Notes: generated by a model not told the origin, from the sequence alone. A stretch of 49,266 nt of DNA from Bacillota bacterium (GCA_023395575.1 JAEWZA010000061.1:1-49266); one strand, 5' to 3'. Positions 1-10,003 are shown, numbered from the stretch's first letter. A program made the numbers and translations.

Positions 1-646
1 CAATAAAGCTGCTTGAATTAATAGCATAGTCTATATAGTTATTAACATTGGAATAGGGGCTATCACCTATTACTCCTATAATACTATCTTTATAAGGACT
101 TTCGGCTACGGCTGAAAGACAGGATGAAGCACCTGTTGAGAAGCCCATAAGTATTATTTTATCAGTCCCTTGCTGTTTTAAATATTTTATTGAGCTAAGA
201 ACATCTGTAGTCTCGTTTTTCCCAAAGGTTGCTATTGAACCTGAAGAATTTCCAGAACCTCTTAAATCAAAAGCAAGGACATTCAAATTTTCATTTATTA
301 AACGAGAAATCAATTTGAAGGTATCTTCATCAAATTGAAGTCTATTCTTACCATATCCATGAACTAATAAAACAGTAGTTTTTGAGGTGCCTGAAGGGAA
401 AAACCAACCGTTAATTTTCTCTTCTTTTTCACCAGTATAGAAGCTGATGTTTTTGTAGTTTGGAGCAATATTAGAGGTGATTTGTGGTGTCTCTAATTTG
501 CTTGGATGAGTTATCTTGTAGGCAGATATAAATGATATAATGCCTGCTATAATTAAAATCAGTACGATTATATATATAGATGCTAAAAATATATTTTTAG
601 GTAATAGGCTTTTACGTTCAGCGTAAGCAACGGTATCAAGCTGCAT
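1..646 (-). CDS. Membrane-anchored alpha/beta hydrolase (partial; 3' end lies beyond the window start)
   Basis: Not in the ORF track; translated by hand from ATG at 646 (RBS GGAGG on the minus strand at 655-659): MQLDTVAYAERKSLLPKNIFLASIYIIVLILIIAGIISF... It has an N-terminal TM helix, VLLVHGYG, AFDLRGSG and the nucleophile elbow GFSTG. Confidence 0.88.
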   Translation of the reverse strand, partial: MQLDTVAYAERKSLLPKNIFLASIYIIVLILIIAGIISFISAYKITHPSKLETPQITSNIAPNYKNISFYTGEKEEKINGWFFPSGTSKTTVLLVHGYGKNRLQFDEDTFKLISRLINENLNVLAFDLRGSGNSSGSIATFGKNETTDVLSSIKYLKQQGTDKIILMGFSTGASSCLSAVAESPYKDSIIGVIGDSPYSNVNNYIDYAINSSSFI

Positions 647-666
647 CAGAATTTCCTCCATAGGTA

Positions 667-695
667 TTGACTATTGTATTCTTAAGACTTATTAT
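667..695 (+). promoter_or_regulatory. Putative sigma-A promoter for the PflX-like gene
   Basis: TTGACT-17 bp-TATTAT. The AT-rich background makes chance matches possible. Confidence 0.4.
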
Positions 696-871
696 ATTTT
701 TATTTACTAGGAAAGTAAATATAATCTCGGAATTTACCAGAATGTGTATGTATAAAGTTGCGTTATTCAGCCACATAATGACTTTTATTTAGAATATAAA
801 AATGTAAATGTATAAGATTGCTAAAAAAGTACTGGTAATTCTAAACTTAAATGTGTATGCAAGAATATTTT

Positions 872-1011
872 AAACAAGCAAACTCCAATTCGGGGGTCCT
901 TAAAAGAGTACGAAGTTAATACAATGTGTTTAGTCGAAGGAAAAATAGGTGAGTTCCTGACAAAGGAAGAAAATTTTTTGGCACTAAAAAGCTGAGCTAA
1001 TTTTCTTGTTT
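872..1011. repeat. Imperfect inverted-repeat element (REP/MITE-like or structured leader)
   Basis: Outer pair AAACAAG/CTTGTTT; inner TTAGTCGAAG (930-939)/CTGAGCTAA (992-1000); small hairpin TTCCTGACAAAGGAA. The AGTCGAAG...CTGAGCT pair recurs at 16743/16833. Confidence 0.35.
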
Positions 1012-1069
1012 GATAGGATAATACTTTAATTTGAAGCAAATTATTAAAAACATATGGGAGAGTATATTT

Positions 1070-1960
1070 ATGATTGAGATTTGTAACCAATGCCCAAGAC
1101 AATGTGGTGTCAATAGAGATAAAGGTTTAGGGTTTTGTGGTGTGCCAGAGCTGCCAAAAGTAGCGAAGGTTTTTTTACACATGTGGGAGGAGCCTTGTAT
1201 TAGTGGAACAACAGGCTCTGGAACAGTATTCTTTTCAGGTTGTAATCTCAAGTGTATTTATTGTCAGAATTTTGATATAAGTCAGAAGAATTATGGAAAA
1301 GTAATTTCTATTGAAAGGCTCGAGCAAATATTTATTGAGCTGATAGATAAAGGTGCTCACAATATAAACCTTGTAAATCCATCTCACTATACTGCAGCCA
1401 TAAGACAGGCTTTAATTTCATTAAAGAAAAGAGGAAAAATGAACGTACCAGTGGTATATAATACAAATGGGTATGAGTCAGTAAAAACATTAAAAACAAT
1501 GGAGGGACTAGTTGATGTATACCTTCCAGATATTAAATATTATTATGAAACGACCGCTTTTAAATATTCCAAAGCAAGTGATTATCCTGAGGTAAGTAAG
1601 GAGGCTGTATTAGAGATGTTTAGACAGGTTGGAGGTCCTGTGCTTGACGAAGCAGGAATTATTAAAAGTGGATTGATTATCAGACATTTAATACTTCCTG
1701 GACACACAAAAGAAAGTATGAAAATTTTGGATTGGATAAGTAAAAATTTACCTAAATATGTATATATTTCTCTAATGAGCCAATATACACCGTATTTTGA
1801 AGCGGAGAAGCACCCGGAAATTAACAGACCTATAACCAGACAGGAATATGATAGGGTAATAAATCATTTATATAAATTAGGACTTGAAGAAGGCTACGTT
1901 CAGGACAGAGAATCTGCAGACTCACAATATATCCCTGACTTTAATCTTGAAGGTGTTTAA
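1070..1960 (+). CDS. Radical SAM protein, PflX-like (putative pyruvate formate-lyase activating enzyme family)
   Basis: CNLKCIYC motif; N-terminal CNQCPRQC...GFC; EEPCISG-GSGTVFFSGC; IIRHLILPG; MSQYTP. ATG 1070 follows GGGAG; the ORF track starts at TTG 1031. Confidence 0.85.
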   Translation: MIEICNQCPRQCGVNRDKGLGFCGVPELPKVAKVFLHMWEEPCISGTTGSGTVFFSGCNLKCIYCQNFDISQKNYGKVISIERLEQIFIELIDKGAHNINLVNPSHYTAAIRQALISLKKRGKMNVPVVYNTNGYESVKTLKTMEGLVDVYLPDIKYYYETTAFKYSKASDYPEVSKEAVLEMFRQVGGPVLDEAGIIKSGLIIRHLILPGHTKESMKILDWISKNLPKYVYISLMSQYTPYFEAEKHPEINRPITRQEYDRVINHLYKLGLEEGYVQDRESADSQYIPDFNLEGV

Positions 1961-1989
1961 GAAAATTTTGTAATAGTATGAAATTTTTA

Positions 1990-2018
1990 TTGCAATAATA
2001 AATAAAATGGAGTATAAT
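1990..2018 (+). promoter_or_regulatory. Sigma-A promoter of the Tad-like operon
   Basis: TTGCAA (1990-1995)-17 bp-TATAAT (2013-2018), about 190 bp upstream of the kinase start. Confidence 0.6.
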
Positions 2019-2207
2019 TTATTTTGCTGGCAGTATTTTTAGTCAGTCATTTCTTTTAAATGTTTTTTTAGTAAGGTTTCTAAAAATTATCCAATTGTTA
2101 TATATATTATATTCTTATATTTCAGAGAAGCTATTATTTATCATTATATGGATTATTTCATTATCAAATTTTATCACTTCCCAAATAAACTATGGAGGAT
2201 ACTAATT

Positions 2208-3980
2208 GTGCAGGATTCTTTTTATTCAAAGTATAAATACATAAGGAATTTAGGGCATGGGGGCTGTGGGGATGTATTTCTTGCTCAGAACATTGTTTTA
2301 GGTAATTTTTGGGCTGTTAAAGAGATTATAAAAGGCAGGAAAACTTCTATAAGCGGTTATATCGAACCAGAAATTCTGAAACGTCTGAATCATCCAGCAT
2401 TGCCTAGAATCTGTGACTTGTATGAAGATGAAGATAAGATTTATATTGTAGAGGATTATATAGAAGGTGTATGCTTAAAACAGGTACTAGATGAAAAAGG
2501 AAAATTTGAGGAATCAATTGTCATTGACTGGGCTATACAGCTTTGCAGTGTTCTAGAATACATACATACCCAAAAGCCGAATGCTATTATATATGGAGAT
2601 ATGAAGCCCCATAATATAATTTTGACAAAAGAAGGTTTTGTGAAAATAGTTGATTTTGGAATATCTGCATTGATGCCTGGGAAAATAGATAGCCTTACAA
2701 CTCAGGTTGGAAAAGCATCAGATAATAACATAGGAGATTATTATAGTAAAGCTGAAATGTGTCTTGTTTCAGATAATAGGATGGTATATGACCAACAAGT
2801 AAATGATGAGCAGTCAGGCGCTGGCAGCAAAACAGTATATGAAACTGCTTTTATTGGAACTAAGGGCTACGCAGCACCAGAACAATTTATTGGAAATGGA
2901 ATAAGCAGGTCAAGTGATATTTATTCACTGGGAATAACAATAATTCAATTATTAACGGGATTAGATCCGCTGTCTTCAATAAAAGATTTTCAGAATGAAA
3001 GCTATGCACATGAAATATCTCCCGAATTATACGAAATATTGAGAAAGTGTATACATCCCAATCCGGGATTAAGATATAAGAGTGCAGGCATATTAATGAA
3101 AGAATTAAGGCAATACAGCTTACGCTATTATATTTTAGATGGAAAAAATATACTAGAAACGAAAAAGTCTTTAGGGTTTACCCAAATTATAACTATTACC
3201 GGAGCTAAAGGAACAGGAATATCAACAATGACAGCTGCAATGGCTGAGTGTTTGGCAAGGGGGCCAACACGAGTATGTATAGTTGATTTGAGCACAACAG
3301 CAAGGCTTGGAGATAGTATATTTCTAAAAAACACAAATAAGCCAGACAATAAAGAGAAAATACATTCTAATAACATATCTAAAGTAACTTCAAATTTATA
3401 TTATATCAATTTCAACGACCTAAAAGATGAAATTCTTTATGACAATTTAATACTTCATAGACAGTTAGGACAGCTTCAACAAAGCTTTTCACATATATTT
3501 ATAGATGTTGACATAAAATTCTTGAAAGCTCTAGAACAATATTCTAATCACATTTTCATAGTTTCGGATATGAACCCTTTTAATTTATATGAAATAAATC
3601 AAGTAATGAAGTCAGATGAATTAGCCAGAAAATCCAGTTCAAGGACATCCTTTATCATCAATAAATTTTGCTCTGGGGAATTAAGTCCACGTAGTATTTT
3701 GCAAGGTACACTATTGACTAATGATATACCTAATGAGTTACAAGAGTTGATTGCATATGCGAAGGTTTTTAAGGTTCCGTATGAACAAAAGGTATATATA
3801 AAATGGATGTATAGCTTTTTTGGAGAAGCTTTAAGTTTTCAAAAATCAATTGATGATAAGTTTCACAAATCAATTCTAAATATCATATCCAATACAATTT
3901 CAAAGAAAAATAGGAAAGAAGGCCGCTTTGTATTCAGTAAACTGATTTCTAAGGTAGTTACATCTCAAAGTCGATTGTGA
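2208..3980 (+). CDS. Hanks-type Ser/Thr protein kinase fused to a C-terminal degenerate MinD/ParA (TadZ/CpaE-like) P-loop domain
   Basis: GHGGCGDV Gly-loop, WAVKE, YGDMKPHN catalytic loop, DFG, GTKGYAAPE, SDIYSLG. The C-terminal half has IITITGAKGTGIST, VCIVDLS, HIFIDVD and FIINK. GTG 2208 follows GGAGG; the ORF track starts at 2148. Confidence 0.85.
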   Translation: MQDSFYSKYKYIRNLGHGGCGDVFLAQNIVLGNFWAVKEIIKGRKTSISGYIEPEILKRLNHPALPRICDLYEDEDKIYIVEDYIEGVCLKQVLDEKGKFEESIVIDWAIQLCSVLEYIHTQKPNAIIYGDMKPHNIILTKEGFVKIVDFGISALMPGKIDSLTTQVGKASDNNIGDYYSKAEMCLVSDNRMVYDQQVNDEQSGAGSKTVYETAFIGTKGYAAPEQFIGNGISRSSDIYSLGITIIQLLTGLDPLSSIKDFQNESYAHEISPELYEILRKCIHPNPGLRYKSAGILMKELRQYSLRYYILDGKNILETKKSLGFTQIITITGAKGTGISTMTAAMAECLARGPTRVCIVDLSTTARLGDSIFLKNTNKPDNKEKIHSNNISKVTSNLYYINFNDLKDEILYDNLILHRQLGQLQQSFSHIFIDVDIKFLKALEQYSNHIFIVSDMNPFNLYEINQVMKSDELARKSSSRTSFIINKFCSGELSPRSILQGTLLTNDIPNELQELIAYAKVFKVPYEQKVYIKWMYSFFGEALSFQKSIDDKFHKSILNIISNTISKKNRKEGRFVFSKLISKVVTSQSRL

Positions 3981-4075
3981 GGAGCTTGTTGGGTTAAGAT
4001 AAAATTGCGAAGGTGTTTGCGTACCTTCACGAAAAACTACTATAATTATGCCCTAAATGTGGCAGAGAGGTTAAT

Positions 4076-4735
4076 ATGAGCAAAAGGTTAATTATTAAGA
4101 CAACACTTATATGTTTTGGAATATTTTTAATTCTGAATACAATAATATTCACTTTTATTTTAAAAAAATATCCATTAGATTCAGAAGAGCACATTTTAGT
4201 TCCTGTAGCAGCCGTGGATATAGAGCAGGGAACTGTGATTCAAGAAAATCAGCTTAAGATGAAAGACGTACAGAAATCTGCTTCAAATAGCTCAATAGCA
4301 ATAAATATAGATCAAATTATAGGTAAAAGAGCTAAATCAGATATTAAGAGAAATGATTATATAAGGGATAGCGATTTAGTTTCAAAAAATACTTGGTTCA
4401 AGGAGGATGATAGAATAATTATATTGCCAATGAGCATAGAGGAGAGGTTGGCTAATCTAATTAAAAAGGGCTCATATGTTGACATAAGATTAAAAAAGGA
4501 GTCAAGTGCTGTAGTTGAAACCATTCTGTACAAAGTAAAAGTGGAGGATGTTTTGGACGAGATGGGAAACTCTCTTGATTCAAAAACATCAATGAATACA
4601 AAAACAGCTTATATGGAGCTGATTCTTGATGAAGAGGATAGGCAGAAAATATATTCTGCAACTATGTCAGGGCAGTTGATATATGAGCTCTATTGTGATG
4701 AAGCACAGAAAGCTGATAATAGTACTAGAGATTGA
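4076..4735 (+). CDS. SAF-domain Flp pilus assembly protein, CpaB/RcpC-like
   Basis: N-terminal TM helix, SAF-like VAAVDIEQGTVIQENQL...IIGKRAKSDI, then LIKKGSYVDI typical of the RcpC/CpaB C-terminal domain. Operon context agrees. Confidence 0.75.
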   Translation: MSKRLIIKTTLICFGIFLILNTIIFTFILKKYPLDSEEHILVPVAAVDIEQGTVIQENQLKMKDVQKSASNSSIAINIDQIIGKRAKSDIKRNDYIRDSDLVSKNTWFKEDDRIIILPMSIEERLANLIKKGSYVDIRLKKESSAVVETILYKVKVEDVLDEMGNSLDSKTSMNTKTAYMELILDEEDRQKIYSATMSGQLIYELYCDEAQKADNSTRD

Positions 4736-4789
4736 TAAACTAGTATTGCTTTAAAACAGTATAGCCCTTAGTTGGGATTGGAGGTATAC

Positions 4790-5677
4790 ATGGGCAAAAT
4801 TTTAGCTGTATGTTCAGATGACAAAAAAACTGGAAAGTCGATAGTATCATATTTAATAGCAAATAAAATTAAAAAAATAGCACGAAATGATTTTAAAATA
4901 TTAGTTTGTTGCTTGAACTTAAATTATAGTGCATTGTATGGGGTGTTTGGAATGGAAATTTCTGCTGTAGGATTAGAGGAGCTGGTCAATCATAAAGTTT
5001 TTGAAGAGGATAAATCAGATATACTATCTAGAATAGTTCCTCAAAGTAATGGTATTTACTTTTTAGGAAGCTATCGTACAACAAATTCATATATCAAAAA
5101 ATATATAGAAGAATACAATAAACTATTTAAGAGGCTGCAGAATAGCTTTGATATTATTATATTTGATACTGTATCTGGAAGTGGAAGTACTCTAACGGAC
5201 TTTGTTATGCATAGGGCTGATATCGTAGTGAGACTTTTTGTGCAGGATAATGAGAGCATGAAAAAATTATATTGTACAGATGATATACAGTTACCTAACA
5301 ATAAAAAAACACTATATATAGTGTCTAAATACAGAAATATTTACCCAAAAGTGAGTGACATTAAACGAAGGTATTCATTAAAAAATGTTTTTACTTTTGA
5401 CTACTGTGAAAAGCTTCAAGAAATGAAAAATAGAGATAGCCTACACTTATATCCTCAACATGAAACCAGCTGCAATGACTCTATAAATTGTGTCTCAAGA
5501 TATATTTTAGAGGCATTAAACCTACTACCTCAAGAGGGATTAGTAAAAGATTCATCTGTAAGGTACATATGCGATTTGAAATACACCTTAAGAAAACTAA
5601 AGCAGCTACGGTATGGAGGGAAAGAGCATGAAGATAATGCAGAGTTTGTGTCTAAAAGAGCTGATGGCTTGTATTGA
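4790..5677 (+). CDS. ParA/MinD-like ATPase (TadZ/CpaE-like)
   Basis: MGKILAVCSDDKKTGKS deviant Walker A and FDIIIFDT Walker B; lies between cpaB-like and tadA-like genes. ATG 4790 follows GGAGG. Confidence 0.7.
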   Translation: MGKILAVCSDDKKTGKSIVSYLIANKIKKIARNDFKILVCCLNLNYSALYGVFGMEISAVGLEELVNHKVFEEDKSDILSRIVPQSNGIYFLGSYRTTNSYIKKYIEEYNKLFKRLQNSFDIIIFDTVSGSGSTLTDFVMHRADIVVRLFVQDNESMKKLYCTDDIQLPNNKKTLYIVSKYRNIYPKVSDIKRRYSLKNVFTFDYCEKLQEMKNRDSLHLYPQHETSCNDSINCVSRYILEALNLLPQEGLVKDSSVRYICDLKYTLRKLKQLRYGGKEHEDNAEFVSKRADGLY

Positions 5678-7145
5678 AGAGGAATTGAGAATAAATGGAC
5701 TTAACGAGGTTCGGGATATCCATGAAAGCAAAGCAGGTTATCTAGAGGAAGCAAGACAATTGCAAAAGTTAATGGCTATTGATGGAAGTGTTCAAGCAAG
5801 AGAGTTTATGCAAAACAGTATTTATTTTTTATTGATTGAAAAGATGGGAATTATAAACTCAGATAATATTGATATGCTTATAAAAGAATATCATATAGAT
5901 TATTTTGAAAATATATATACTGGCGGGCATAACCGCTATATTAGCAAGCCCATTGACAATGAAATAATGAATTACTTAAGTAAATACTCAATTAGCCATC
6001 ATGATGAGTATGATGTGAAGCTTCAGAAATTAACGCAAATAATATATCAGGAGGTATATGGCTATGGGATATTAGATGAATTAATATTTGATTCACGCTT
6101 GAACGAAGTAGCATGTACTAGAAGAGATTATATCTGGATTCAATATAACGGAATTAAAAGACATATTCCCAACCCCAATTTTATATTTAAAAATGAGGAT
6201 AACTATAGAAAAATTATAGAAAATAGGTTGACATCAACAGCTCTTGAGGAAATGAATGCAGGCACACCATTAATAAATGCCATTTTAAATAATGGCGCAA
6301 GAGTTACAGCCTTAAGGCCTCCGTTATCAAAATATTATGTAGTAAACATACGACTGTTTGCTTCGAAAGCCCAATTAGTTAAGTATCGTAATAATTTTGT
6401 TGAGGATAGGATTTCAAAAATTATTGAGCTGCTTGCCAGTAAAGGAAGAAGAAACGTAGCAATTATAGGGGAACAGGGCTCAGGAAAAACAACAGCTGCC
6501 GATGAACTAATCATAAAGCAGCTAGACTCAGACATTAGTATTGGTCTAGCAGAAAATATTCATGAACTAAATATTTCCTCAAACTACCCTCAAAAGAATA
6601 TTGTTGAATTGCAATATACAAGAGATTTTAAACCCTCTGATATCACAGAAATATTTTTTAGACTGAACCGAGACATAGTTATATACGGTGAAGTTAGAAA
6701 TTCCTATGAGGCTTTTGAAATGATAAAGGCAATGCTAAGACAGGCAAGGGGGAGTTTATTTACTTTCCATTCATCAAGTACAAGAAGAATGATTCATGAT
6801 CTGAGACAGCTTTTAATGCAGACAGGATACTATACTGATTTTAGAGAAGCACAGTTTGATGTGGCAGATGCAGTTGATTTAGTAGTACATATAAAACTAG
6901 ATCGAGAAACAGGACAAAGATATGTATATAAAGTGTCTGAGGTTTTGGCTGATGAAAGCAGTATGTCATTTCAAATAAATGATCTTTTCGTTTTTGATAA
7001 AATATCAGGCAAGTACTGGTCAAACCCAGATGGGTTATCAGAAGAGCAGATAATATCCAGTATGGAATATGAAATGACGAAAGCAGATGTAGATAAACTT
7101 CGTGAATTATTTTGTTTAGAGCAGTACGTATCAGAACAAAACTAA
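5628..7145 (+). CDS. Flp/Tad pilus assembly ATPase (TadA/CpaF, T2SS/T4P/T4SS ATPase family)
   Basis: YGILDELIFD, GARVTALRPP, Walker A GEQGSGKTT, ENIHEL Asp-box, DIVIYGEVR Walker B, TFHSSS His-box. ATG 5628 follows GGAGGG. Confidence 0.85.
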   Translation: MKIMQSLCLKELMACIEEELRINGLNEVRDIHESKAGYLEEARQLQKLMAIDGSVQAREFMQNSIYFLLIEKMGIINSDNIDMLIKEYHIDYFENIYTGGHNRYISKPIDNEIMNYLSKYSISHHDEYDVKLQKLTQIIYQEVYGYGILDELIFDSRLNEVACTRRDYIWIQYNGIKRHIPNPNFIFKNEDNYRKIIENRLTSTALEEMNAGTPLINAILNNGARVTALRPPLSKYYVVNIRLFASKAQLVKYRNNFVEDRISKIIELLASKGRRNVAIIGEQGSGKTTAADELIIKQLDSDISIGLAENIHELNISSNYPQKNIVELQYTRDFKPSDITEIFFRLNRDIVIYGEVRNSYEAFEMIKAMLRQARGSLFTFHSSSTRRMIHDLRQLLMQTGYYTDFREAQFDVADAVDLVVHIKLDRETGQRYVYKVSEVLADESSMSFQINDLFVFDKISGKYWSNPDGLSEEQIISSMEYEMTKADVDKLRELFCLEQYVSEQN

Positions 7146-7231
7146 CATAAATTAACTGTCGATAATGACATTTCAATAGAAACAGGCATTATCAAATAAG
7201 ACACTAGTTATTTAGCAGGGAGAAATAACTT

Positions 7232-8278
7232 ATGCAAAATGTAACTCAAAATATTACAAATGATATGGGGAAAAGTATTTTCAATAATATTCTAACAAAA
7301 ACCTTTCTCAAGGATATATCTCAACAAATAATAGCATATATTCTTCAGCTACAAGATACTATTTTAAGCAATAAGCTTTACCTGTCAATGGTTTTGGTAG
7401 GTTCTCTTCTGATTTTATCAGGCTTGTATGTTTCTATATATAAAAAGTCATTTTCAAAAAATAAAAGGCAGTTAAGAGTAGTTAATATTGTTAGATATAT
7501 AAAGTATATTGAACTTATTACAAATAGATTTCCATTTAGAGTACTTTCCAAAAAGCTTAGTGAAGCAATGTCCTATTTTATGCTGGAGACTGTTATACAG
7601 CGAGGAATAGTTGCTCTTTTATCGCTTTTGCTGCCTTGCTCAGGAATTATCTTATATTTAATGATAAGCGGGGGACTGAACCTTTGGTACACAAGGGTTA
7701 TTACTGCGTCTCTTTGTATAATGCTGCCTTATTACATATTTACATTGGTAGTAGACTATATGAAATATAGTATTAGATTAAAGATTCCGTTACTTATTGA
7801 TAGCTTTCGAAGTTCCTTTATGATGCATTATAGAGTTAAGCCTGCATTACAAGAATGTGGCAAGAGAACAAATAAAGCTTTAGGAAGGATAATTCTAAGT
7901 GCATCAGACAGCAGTGATTTAAACCAAAGCTTATGTGCAATTAGAGATAGAGTTAATGACACCTGGTTCAACATATTTGTTATGTTAATTTTAAATTATC
8001 GGGAAAATGGGGGAGAACTTATTGCACAGCTGTATAAGTTGAGCAGAAGTATTACAAGATACAACAATATTGAAAAGAAGAAAAATAAAAGGCTCATATG
8101 GTATGAAGTCTTTGTGATTCTTACAAGTATTTTCAGCCTGCCATCAATTATATTACTAAATAAAATGATTTTGGGGTTTAGTGCTTGGTCTTATTATGAT
8201 ACAACAGCAGCATTTACAAAAGTAATGATATTTTCAGTAATGGCATTATTAATTGTGAGAACTTTGAGAAGAATGTAG
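7232..8278 (+). CDS. TadB-like membrane platform protein
   Basis: Several TM helices flanking a cytoplasmic helical region (YRENGGELIAQL); directly downstream of the TadA-like ATPase. Confidence 0.65.
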   Translation: MQNVTQNITNDMGKSIFNNILTKTFLKDISQQIIAYILQLQDTILSNKLYLSMVLVGSLLILSGLYVSIYKKSFSKNKRQLRVVNIVRYIKYIELITNRFPFRVLSKKLSEAMSYFMLETVIQRGIVALLSLLLPCSGIILYLMISGGLNLWYTRVITASLCIMLPYYIFTLVVDYMKYSIRLKIPLLIDSFRSSFMMHYRVKPALQECGKRTNKALGRIILSASDSSDLNQSLCAIRDRVNDTWFNIFVMLILNYRENGGELIAQLYKLSRSITRYNNIEKKKNKRLIWYEVFVILTSIFSLPSIILLNKMILGFSAWSYYDTTAAFTKVMIFSVMALLIVRTLRRM

Positions 8279-8463
8279 GAAAATATAGTGTTAAAAGAAA
8301 GAGATTAATATGCTATTACTCTGCCTGAAGCAATGTTCTAAAAGCTTTATACTGACAAGTAGCTTGAGAATGAGATTTGTAGAATGACATGAAAGGAAGG
8401 TGAGGATATCTATGCAAAACTCAATTGGGTTTTTATGCTGGGTACAGTGCATGGGTGTACATC

Positions 8464-9603
8464 ATGAATGAAATTATTACGGTAACTTTAATTGCAATAG
8501 GGCTGTCTATGATTGTATCTGGGATCGTTATTAATAAATTGAAACCAATTACAGGCATAAATAATGCAAAAACTAAAAAATATCAAGAAGTACATGATAT
8601 GTTAGAAAACATTTCATCGAAAGGGCTTTTAGGCAAATTATTAAATTATCTGGCAAGAAACAAAGAATTTTTCCTCAATAAATTTATAATAAAAATATTA
8701 GAGCTTAGCGAGTCCGGAATCAGCCTACAGCAACTGTACTTTCTAAAAATAGGATGTATTTTTTTGTGTACACTTCTAGTAATTGTAATGGGTTATACCA
8801 ACAAAATTAATCAAATAAAGCTTATTACAGCATATGCAGAAGAGAAGAGTATCATTTCCAAAGATAATTCATATAATCCAGAGAAATATCAACTATACAA
8901 GGAAATATTAGAGGGGATAGGAGAAGAGAAGCTTTCTAAAGCAAATAGCGTAGAAAAGTATAATTTAGTTGAAAATAAGATGGGGGAATATATAAATACT
9001 GAGGATGTCCAAACTCTTCAAGAAAAAACAGATTGGTTTTTGAAGTCACGGTCGGAAATAGAAAAAATAAGGACTTTTAATGAATATTATATAATCATTA
9101 TTATAGCAGCAACCTTCCTACCAGAACTTTTCCTGATTATTAAGTGGCTTCTTAGAGGCTGTATTTACAAAAAAGAAATAATAAAGCTAGAGTATATTTT
9201 TGAACTTCTAGCAAGAGTAGATGGCATAAAAACTATAGATATAATTAATGAATTGACAAAATCCTCTAAGATATTTTCTAAATACATGAATGAGTTTGCA
9301 ACTATGTTTCAATTCAATAAGCTGAGCGCATTTGATTATTTAAAGAGCAGAAATATAAAAGGATTGTCAAAGATGGCTAATATTTTGGAAATATACAGTA
9401 TGTCAGATAAAGAGTTGGCAATTCAGATATTGGATAGAGAAACCATGGAAAGAGATGAGCAGATGATTATTACAGCTGAAGAAAGTATTGATTTTATTGA
9501 TTTGGTAGCATTTTTATGTATAGTTCCCATTGTATATGAATTAGCTAGATTAATGCTTGATCCGATGCTGAATATGGTTTACAAAGCATTCGAATTTGTT
9601 TAA
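8464..9603 (+). CDS. TadC-like membrane platform protein
   Basis: Three to four TM helices with a T2SSF-like helical C-terminus; second platform gene of the operon. Start uncertain (ATG 8464 or TTG 8425). Confidence 0.6.
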   Translation: MNEIITVTLIAIGLSMIVSGIVINKLKPITGINNAKTKKYQEVHDMLENISSKGLLGKLLNYLARNKEFFLNKFIIKILELSESGISLQQLYFLKIGCIFLCTLLVIVMGYTNKINQIKLITAYAEEKSIISKDNSYNPEKYQLYKEILEGIGEEKLSKANSVEKYNLVENKMGEYINTEDVQTLQEKTDWFLKSRSEIEKIRTFNEYYIIIIIAATFLPELFLIIKWLLRGCIYKKEIIKLEYIFELLARVDGIKTIDIINELTKSSKIFSKYMNEFATMFQFNKLSAFDYLKSRNIKGLSKMANILEIYSMSDKELAIQILDRETMERDEQMIITAEESIDFIDLVAFLCIVPIVYELARLMLDPMLNMVYKAFEFV

Positions 9604-9635
9604 AAAATCTAAATTTTAGGTTGGAGAGTGGAAGG

Positions 9636-9794
9636 ATGAAGCAAATTATAATTGCAATATCAATGTTATCTATTGGGCTGGCTCTTATTATTGGAGTGGT
9701 CATTCCGATATTTGAGCGTGGAGAGAGTACTGGAGATAATGCTATTTTAAAGGGTCAGGCGTCAATTACAAGAGTGGGTAAGTTGATGAACTGA
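9636..9794 (+). CDS. Small pilin-like membrane protein 1 (52 aa)
   Basis: Hand-translated: MKQIIIAISMLSIGLALIIGVVIPIFERGESTGDNAILKGQASITRVGKLMN. Purine-rich RBS upstream; paralogous to the next two ORFs. Confidence 0.8.
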   Translation: MKQIIIAISMLSIGLALIIGVVIPIFERGESTGDNAILKGQASITRVGKLMN

Positions 9795-9835
9795 AGGTAA
9801 AAAAAATATATTAAATTAAAAGGAGAATTATAAAA

Positions 9836-10003
9836 ATGAAAAAAATTATTATTTCAATAGCCATGTTCGCTATAGCAATGGCACTATTAATTTCAGTAAT
9901 TATACCTCTTGCAGAACACGGAAGAGAAAATGGAGTTAAGGCAGAAGCGCAGGTAGACACAATAGATACAGAAATTAATTCATTAAGCAGCACGGTTAGA
10001 TAG
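9836..10003 (+). CDS. Small pilin-like membrane protein 2 (55 aa)
   Basis: Hand-translated: MKKIIISIAMFAIAMALLISVIIPLAEHGRENGVKAEAQVDTIDTEINSLSSTVR. Strong AAAGGAG RBS at 9819-9825. Confidence 0.85.
   Translation: MKKIIISIAMFAIAMALLISVIIPLAEHGRENGVKAEAQVDTIDTEINSLSSTVR

Noticed and set aside
821..1251. Minus-strand ORFs 821-1102 and 997-1251
   Set aside because: Antisense shadows of the PflX-like gene and its leader, with no recognisable motifs.
1961..2207. Possible c-di-GMP riboswitch ahead of the pilus operon
   Set aside because: No GEMM-type GCAAA...GAAA...CGCAAAG signature is visible; the leader is simply AT-rich.
5628..7145. Conjugative element (VirB11) interpretation of the ATPase
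   Set aside because: No VirB4, coupling protein, relaxase or integrase in the window; CpaB-, TadZ- and TadB/C-like neighbours fit a Tad system.
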